18,591 bases of DNA from Tubiluchus corallicola (lineage: Eukaryota > Animalia > Priapulida), in assembly GCA_030141605.1 (NCBI GenBank), contig JAQGDQ010001987.1, positions 1 to 18,591 of the forward strand, read 5' to 3'. Shown here in pieces: positions 11,135 through 18,591 of the stretch. Under the pieces are notes generated by a model. The model worked only from the letters and a program-made list of their open reading frames with translations. It did not search any database and was not told the origin of the DNA. The translations under genes were made by a program, and so were the position numbers. Numbering within the stretch: position 1 is the stretch's first letter; every line of letters starts with the position of its first letter.

Positions 11135-11278
11135 CAGTAGTCGCCACTTAATAGACTCACGGTTAATAGACTCAACCGTTTAATTGACTCAAAAACGTCT
11201 GTAACGGGCTGCTTCTATTCAAATATACATAAAAACTATCGGTAATTGACTCAAATAACTCCGCATAATTGACTCACT
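11135..11278 (+). mobile_element. Tigger/pogo-like (Tc1-mariner superfamily) MITE left end
   Basis: TA|CAGTAGTCGCCACTTAATAGACTCAC, with five TAAT(A/T)GACTCA sub-repeats. TA target plus CAGT start and repeated binding motifs are typical of pogo/Tigger ends. No right TIR found. Confidence 0.5.
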
Positions 11279-11960
11279 AGGTTTCCAACTCCAACCCCAA
11301 AGGTTTTCATCTCCAACTCCAGAGGTTTCCAACTCCAACCCCAAAAGTTTTCATCTCCAACTCTAAAGGTTTTCAGCTCCAACCCCAGAGGTTTCCAGCT
11401 CCAACTCCAAAGGTTTTCATCTCCAACTCTAAAGGTTTTCAGCTCCAACTCCAACCCCAAAGGTTTTCAGCTCCAACTCCAGATGTTTCCAGCTCTAATT
11501 CCAAAGATTTTCAGCTCCAATTCCAGATGTTTTCAGCTCCAGCTCCAGAGGTTTCCAACTCCACCTCCAGAGGTTTCCAGCTCCAACTCCAAAGGTTTTC
11601 AGCTCCAACTCCAGATGTTTCCAGCTCCAACTCCAGAGGTTTTCAGCTCCACCTCCAGAGGTTTTCAGCTCCAACTCCAGAGGTTTTCACCTCCAATTCC
11701 AGAGGTTTTCAGCTCCACCTCCAGAGGTTTCCAGCTCCAACTCCAAAGGTTTCCAACTCCAACTCCAGAGGTTTCCAACTCCAACTCCAGAGGTTTCCAG
11801 CTCCAACTCCAGAGGTTTCCAACTCCAACTCCAGAGGTTTCCAACTCCAACTCCAAAGGTTTCCAGCTCCAACTCCAGAGGTTTCCAACTCCAACTGCAA
11901 AGGTTTTCAGCTCCAACTCCAGAGGTTTTCACCTCCACCTCCAGAGGTTTCCAGCTCCAA
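11279..11960. repeat. 22-bp minisatellite, about 31 units, consensus CCAACTCCAGAGGTTT(C/T)CA(G/A)CT
   Basis: Head-to-tail units with point variants and no unique spacers. One unit has an extra 6 bp near 11450. Explains the ORFs at 11251-12052. Confidence 0.95.
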
Positions 11961-12013
11961 TGACAGCTTTAATATTACAAAACTGGTTACCCTCATATTA
12001 TATTGATTGCAGC

Positions 12014-12427
12014 CAGGGGCCGGAAATTGACCAGTTGGGGCCACTAGGCTAATGAGATTATGGGACCCCTCAGATGGAGCCACCATGTAATTTGCTCACA
12101 CTCGTCTCGAATTTTTTTGTGATACATTTTAACAACATTTGCATAGCTGGGTGCCCATATTTCGAATAAAGGGTTTCAAAGAAGGGCGTTGTCTCAAATG
12201 CAGGCCTCAAACAAGGACGCTTTGTCTCAAATAAAACGCTTCAGATAGGGATCCTTTATCTCAAATGAGGAGCCGTTTTCAAATTACATTTTTGGACTTC
12301 CTGGCCTTTTTTAAGGTTGATTTTTTTAAATTATATGAACTATTCGGAAATGCAAAGTACGGGTCCCCCTCAAGCTTCAGGGCCCTAGGTTGTAGCCCAT
12401 ACGAGCCTATAGGGTAACCCAGCACTG
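12014..12427 (+). mobile_element. Old hAT-like non-autonomous element, about 414 bp
   Basis: Degenerate ends CAGGGGCCGGAAATT...TAACCCAGCACTG, sub-terminal GGGCC(A/C)CTAGG motifs at both ends and internal ~31-bp repeats (about 12160-12285). Flanks ATTGCAGC / ACTGCTGT match at 5/8, compatible with a decayed 8-bp TSD. Confidence 0.55.
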
Positions 12428-12804
12428 ACTGCTGTATATAATAAGCACTTAAAATTCCAAATTCTGTGTTCTGTATAGGTGAAGTATTAATCAGCTTATA
12501 ATGATGGGACCTGGACGCGTGTCTGTGCACCCGGGCGAAACCGATTTCAATTCAGCTGTTGTTAGAAAAATAAAAGGCACGCGAATAATACACGCGCGGC
12601 ATTGATAAAACCGCGTCACAACAGTAGACCTCCGCGTAGCATATGTTACCAGAATTTACAATGAAAAACAGTCATTCCCCACTTTAAGACAACAATGAAA
12701 ATTTGTATCAAATGTGAAATTCACGAGCCAGGCAGGTTCCCTGCATAAATTAATGGCTCGCGTTACGTAAAGGTTCGGCATAATTAATGCGCCTTAATAA
12801 TTAG

Positions 12805-14705
<1,901 letters not shown>

Positions 14706-14865
14706 TGTTCATAGTTGTTCACTATGTTCACGTCTCTCTCAATTTCAGAAACGACGCTGATGCATGTACCATTAATGGTCCAACGCGTTTCTCTTTTTTC
14801 TGAAAATTACCGTGTAATCATGTTAAATTAGAGTGACGCTTTTGCCAGCTTCCTTTCTACACGCG

Positions 14866-15070
14866 ATTAAGGTTTTCAAAATCGTTAGAGCTCATCTAGG
14901 TTTAATGGATACACGTGAATGTCTCAGTAAATTCACACCTAATTCGACCACCAGGGGTCATCCTTGTAAACTTTTTCTTCCTCGGTGTATCAAAACTGTA
15001 AGGTAAAATAGTTTCTTTTTCAGAACAACTGTATATCGTTTTGGAATACTCTTCCTTCTCATGCTATCGT
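14866..15070 (+). mobile_element. CR1-group LINE ORF2 C-terminal fragment (pseudogenised)
   Basis: Translates IKVFKIVRAHLGLMDTRECLSKFTPNSTTRGHPCKLFLPRCIKTVR*NSFFFRT, then after a frameshift WNTLPSHAI. This matches the CR1 motif VFKI..G...TRGH..KL......R..FF..R....WN.LP. Confidence 0.75.
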
Positions 15071-15082
15071 AATACATATAAT

Positions 15083-15122
15083 ATCAGACTTGAAAATGGG
15101 GTAGTATATGAAAAATCATCCT
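15083..15122 (-). mobile_element. Isolated terminus of family B, ending at a TTAA
   Basis: 36 bp identical to 7357-7392. The minus strand reads TTAA|AGGATGATTTTTCATATACTACCCC, i.e. a TTAA target with an AGG start. Confidence 0.75.
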
Positions 15123-15139
15123 TTAAAGTCTTCCTTTAA

Positions 15140-15810
15140 AGCACAAGAAAACCCTCCATTTATATTAAGCTTAAAAATTTCGTCTCGAAATTTTATAACA
15201 CTTACATACTACCGTTTCACATTCATGGCTTGCATCGGCTGTAACGCTGTATAAAACGTGTAAATTTAAACTCCCTTGATGACCGTTAGGCGCAGCCATT
15301 TGGTAGGTCGTTTAAAACAAGTTTTGATAACATTAAGTAAAGTTTTAAAAAATAATCAAAGCATTCGTAGCATACATGTTGCTAATTAAGTAAAAATTCA
15401 AATTACTGTATCTTGTCAATAAAATTAAAATACGTTTTTGGCTAGTGAGTGGCGCACCCTGGAGGGTGAGTCAGCGACATTTTACCAATTGGAGAAAACA
15501 TTTTAAATTATTAGTCTAGTTACATAAGTCTTTCCAGCAGGTAAGTGAAATGCTAAGTAATGTAGATTTGCACGGAAAGTTTTTTTGGGTCATAATTTAA
15601 CATTTCCTTTTCTTCCCCTGATTTACGTTGTGCGTAGATGACGTCGTGTAATGGCGCGGCTCGAAACAGTATTGCGGGGGATTTAAAATGCAAACAAACG
15701 AAAATTGCTTTCAACGCGAGTACGATACGTGCATAAAATTGCCGTAAAGTAATATAATTTTCTAAGGCCATTTTTCTGAAACATACTTCAGGTACCCCTT
15801 TTCTTGTCCT
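15140..15810 (+). mobile_element. Complete 671-bp Kolobok/T2-type MITE, family A
   Basis: TTAA (15136-15139)|AGCACAAGAAAA ... TTTTCTTGTCCT|TTAA (15811-15814): a 12-bp TIR matching at 11/12 with a TTAA duplication. AG termini fit Kolobok/T2 rather than piggyBac (CC ends). Two further partial copies are in the window. No transposase ORF. Confidence 0.85.
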
Positions 15811-16799
15811 TTAAATTACTGAAAGTAACCGCTCCATGCCGGTGCTGAATCTGTGTAGATGTAATGTGGCCGATGTCGTAATGGAGCGAAACATCTAAAT
15901 ATGGGGGTGAGGTGGAAGTAAATAACATTTCGCCGTCGTAACACTGTGATTATGCAGTCTGAGAGTGGTTCATGACCTTTTGCTAGGAGGTACGACAACA
16001 ACAAGTAACTGACTACTAATTTTCACATGTTTTCATTCTGCGTACCGAATTCACAGCTTTAAGGATGACTGATAAACTGCACGTATAATAATTATTATAT
16101 CACGCTGTTCAGTGCAGCTGGTGGTCTTTTGTTATAATAATGCATTAATTACTTTTATTACCATCAGCGTTATGATGGCTATTCGTGACCCTCGCTGACC
16201 AGTGACCAGCAGCGACGTCCACTTGTATGGCAAAATGTGAATCTTCTGAAAACAAGAGAAAACAGTTGGGCATGTCGATTTCCTGCAGGTACCAAGGCGA
16301 CTGCACCTATAGGTAGTTTTCATACATTAGTTTGGTTTTTGTTTGGAGGAAAATTAAGATTGTAAGATTTCTAAACAAAAATACAATTGTTTAAGCTACA
16401 GGAACGTAAAATTGTACAAATATAAATGAATTCAATACAGCAGCACCGTTTGATTACATACTGGCTAATTAACAGAAAAAACATTAAAATATTCCAAATA
16501 AAAGATGGATATTATACGTATGTAATCATTATTAATGAAATTATTCAAGTTGCTTATTCTTACGGCGCGTTCAGACTGAAGAGTTTTCTCGTCAAGTAAC
16601 TCGCCAAGAACTTTGCAATAATAGTTAAGTATTATTTAATTAATAAAGGAAAATGACGCGTGTTTGAAAGTATTAAATTAAGCCAATTTAACTCACATAT
16701 GATGACTTATGGATTAATAAACATAGAATATATTTGATTTGTGAATTAATCGTGTAATCACGTGTCACTTTTTCATGATTTGTCACATTTTGATTTATC

Positions 16800-16917
16800 A
16801 TTACTATTATTGTTGTTGTTGTTGCTGCTGTTGTTATTGTTGTTGCTGTTGTTGTTGTTGTTGCTGTTGTTGTTGTTGCTGTTGTTGTTGTTGTTGTTGC
16901 TTTTGTTGTTGTTGTGG

Positions 16918-16991
<74 letters not shown>

Positions 16992-16998
16992 GTTGTTG
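16800..16998. repeat. Mirror copy of the compound microsatellite in the right arm
   Basis: About 23 TTA units and one extra TTG; net 24 bp shorter than the left copy. Confidence 0.97.
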
Positions 16999-17469
16999 TC
17001 TTTATTGAACCTCTATTGTAGGCTTACAATATACAACGCATTAATTTGAAATTACAAAATGCAAAGCATGTTACACTAACTTCATTCACAAAACAAATTT
17101 ACGTAATCACGTGTGTTTAGCTTTCAAATTCTTTAACAATTTCGCTTCTTCAGAACCTCACTAATTTAACTTAAATTTTTAATCAGAACATTTACATAAA
17201 TATGTACCTTACAGACACGTGTCATCCAATGAAAATTCTACAGAATCTTCATGCACGCAATTAGTTTGCTTAATCTTGATTTTCTGATGTTGTGAACAGG
17301 ATAAAATCGTCTTTTATAAAATTAATAAAAGCTATTAACAGAATTTTGCGTCGGTTCATGTATAACTGATGCATATCATAATTATTATTTAAAGCATTAA
17401 TGACTTTTCTTTTCTGCATTAACTAATTAACAATAAAAGAATTAGTGCTCAGCGTCTGAAATGCCTGAT

Positions 17470-18270
17470 TACATAAACAGTTGAGACTCAAATGACATCA
17501 ACATCACACACAAACAATAAAAAAGGACAAACAACTGCAAATCATACAATCTACAACGGCACACACATAAAAAATTACCACCAAAGGAAAAAGATCATCA
17601 GGTGAGTCACCGGGAAAGATTCAGATTTCGGTCCCTACTCACTATCTTCAACCTCTCCCGGCGACAAAAGGCTAGGCAAGTTTCTCATTACCAAAATCAC
17701 ATCAAGGCAGCAGACACTTACTTAACTGTATACCAACAAAACTTAAATAAAAAAGGCAAGTTTGATCAAGTGAACGGCCAATGCGATAAAAACTGGTTAA
17801 AATTACCCTGGCATGACAAAAAACTTCAATCCCAGTGACTCTAATTGTCTGTTTTGCCAGTCGGCAATGCCTGGGACTGAACCTAACATGTGTTGTGGTT
17901 ATTCATTATACAAGCACCCAATTTTCTTGTATGATATGTATGCCATAATTGGATAATTAGAGCTATACTTTATGTCTTTATGATCCATGATATCTCCTTT
18001 TATGCTAAATTTTCTCTAAACTTAAACATCAATGCTTCTGTGCACCACCTGGATGGTGGTATTGTGTTGGGTGGGCGACTGTTTTTATCAAAATAAAACA
18101 CCTCACGTCCAACAAAAGAAGGGCGTGAAGCTAATGCCACCAAAAGCAGCCTTTGTATAGTAAGTCAATTCTATTTTTACTTCTTAGCAAAAATGTGTTT
18201 AACCTGCACCTGTAATAATACTTCACTAGCTTCCGTGAGTTATTACAAAATTATTGTAGCACAAAATTTT
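17470..18270 (+). mobile_element. Possible highly decayed L1/Tx1-type endonuclease region inside the inverted-repeat arm (mirror about 13126-13926, minus)
   Basis: Strong A/C strand bias and, across frames, scattered colinear motifs VETQMT, DKRLGKFLITKITSRQQTLT*LYTN and NNTSLASVSYYKII, reminiscent of L1 APE motifs QETH, DKEGHYIMVKGSIQQEELTILNIYAPN and LNNSLL. Many stops and frameshifts. Confidence 0.3.
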
Positions 18271-18591
18271 AAGAGACGCGAGTACAAAACAGCGTTTCTG
18301 ATACAATTATATACTGCTGCTTCGTTGTCTGTAAGGTGCCATAATAATTGTTGTTGTTTTCAAATAGTTTTATTTCTTAAATTCCACATGTTGGGGTATT
18401 TCCGTCTCTTATTTTCCAAATTAATGAAATTATGAGTACTAGTTTTTCACAATTCTTTGTATCCACTAGAAGGCCACTTGCTCCTATCCTAAAACAGGAA
18501 TACTAAAAACTTGTTGCACCTAATTTCGAAACAATTTACCTGCGTTGTCTGAACGTATAAGGAAAACTCGCACAGGTGTTATATAACGAAG

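Larger units (their letters stand above)
16715..18591 (-). repeat. Right arm of long inverted repeat (runs off the window)
   Basis: Mirror of 12805-14705. The last base of the window pairs with 12805. Confidence 0.98.

Noticed and set aside
11279-11960. CRISPR-like array or repeat protein (ORFs of 189 and 159 aa)
   Set aside because: Units are contiguous with no unique spacers, no cas genes are present and the context is eukaryotic. The ORFs arise because the 22-mer lacks stop codons.
12723-12760. Stem-loop CGAGCCA..GCAGG-TTC-CCTGC..TGGCTCG as an ncRNA or Helitron end
   Set aside because: Short stems, no downstream CTRR terminus and no recognisable RNA family.
16227-16312. Small plus-strand coding exon MAKCESSENKRKQLGMSISC with donor-like sites
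   Set aside because: Too short, no recognisable homology and no partner exons in view.

Overview
AT-rich, repeat-dense eukaryotic (probably invertebrate animal) genomic DNA. I see no prokaryotic genes, rRNA, intact tRNA or CRISPR. The only clearly recognisable host coding sequence is a minus-strand BTB/POZ-domain exon (1248-1601). A 187-aa ORF of unknown function lies only 161 bp upstream on the same strand, and the spacer between them holds AATAAA, a perfect TACTAAC branch point and a splice acceptor. The dominant structure is a near-perfect inverted repeat with arms of at least 1.9 kb (12805-14705 / 16715-18591, right arm cut by the window edge) around a 2-kb spacer. The rest is a mosaic of mobile DNA: two TTAA-targeting Kolobok/T2-type non-autonomous families (one complete 671-bp copy with TIRs and TTAA duplication), tRNA-derived SINE copies, decayed LINE fragments (R1/I/LOA-like, CR1-like, possibly L1/Tx1-like), hAT-like and Tigger-like MITE pieces, a 22-bp minisatellite and several microsatellites. 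Most ORFs in the supplied track are artefacts of these repeats. All alignments and family assignments were made by eye and need database confirmation.
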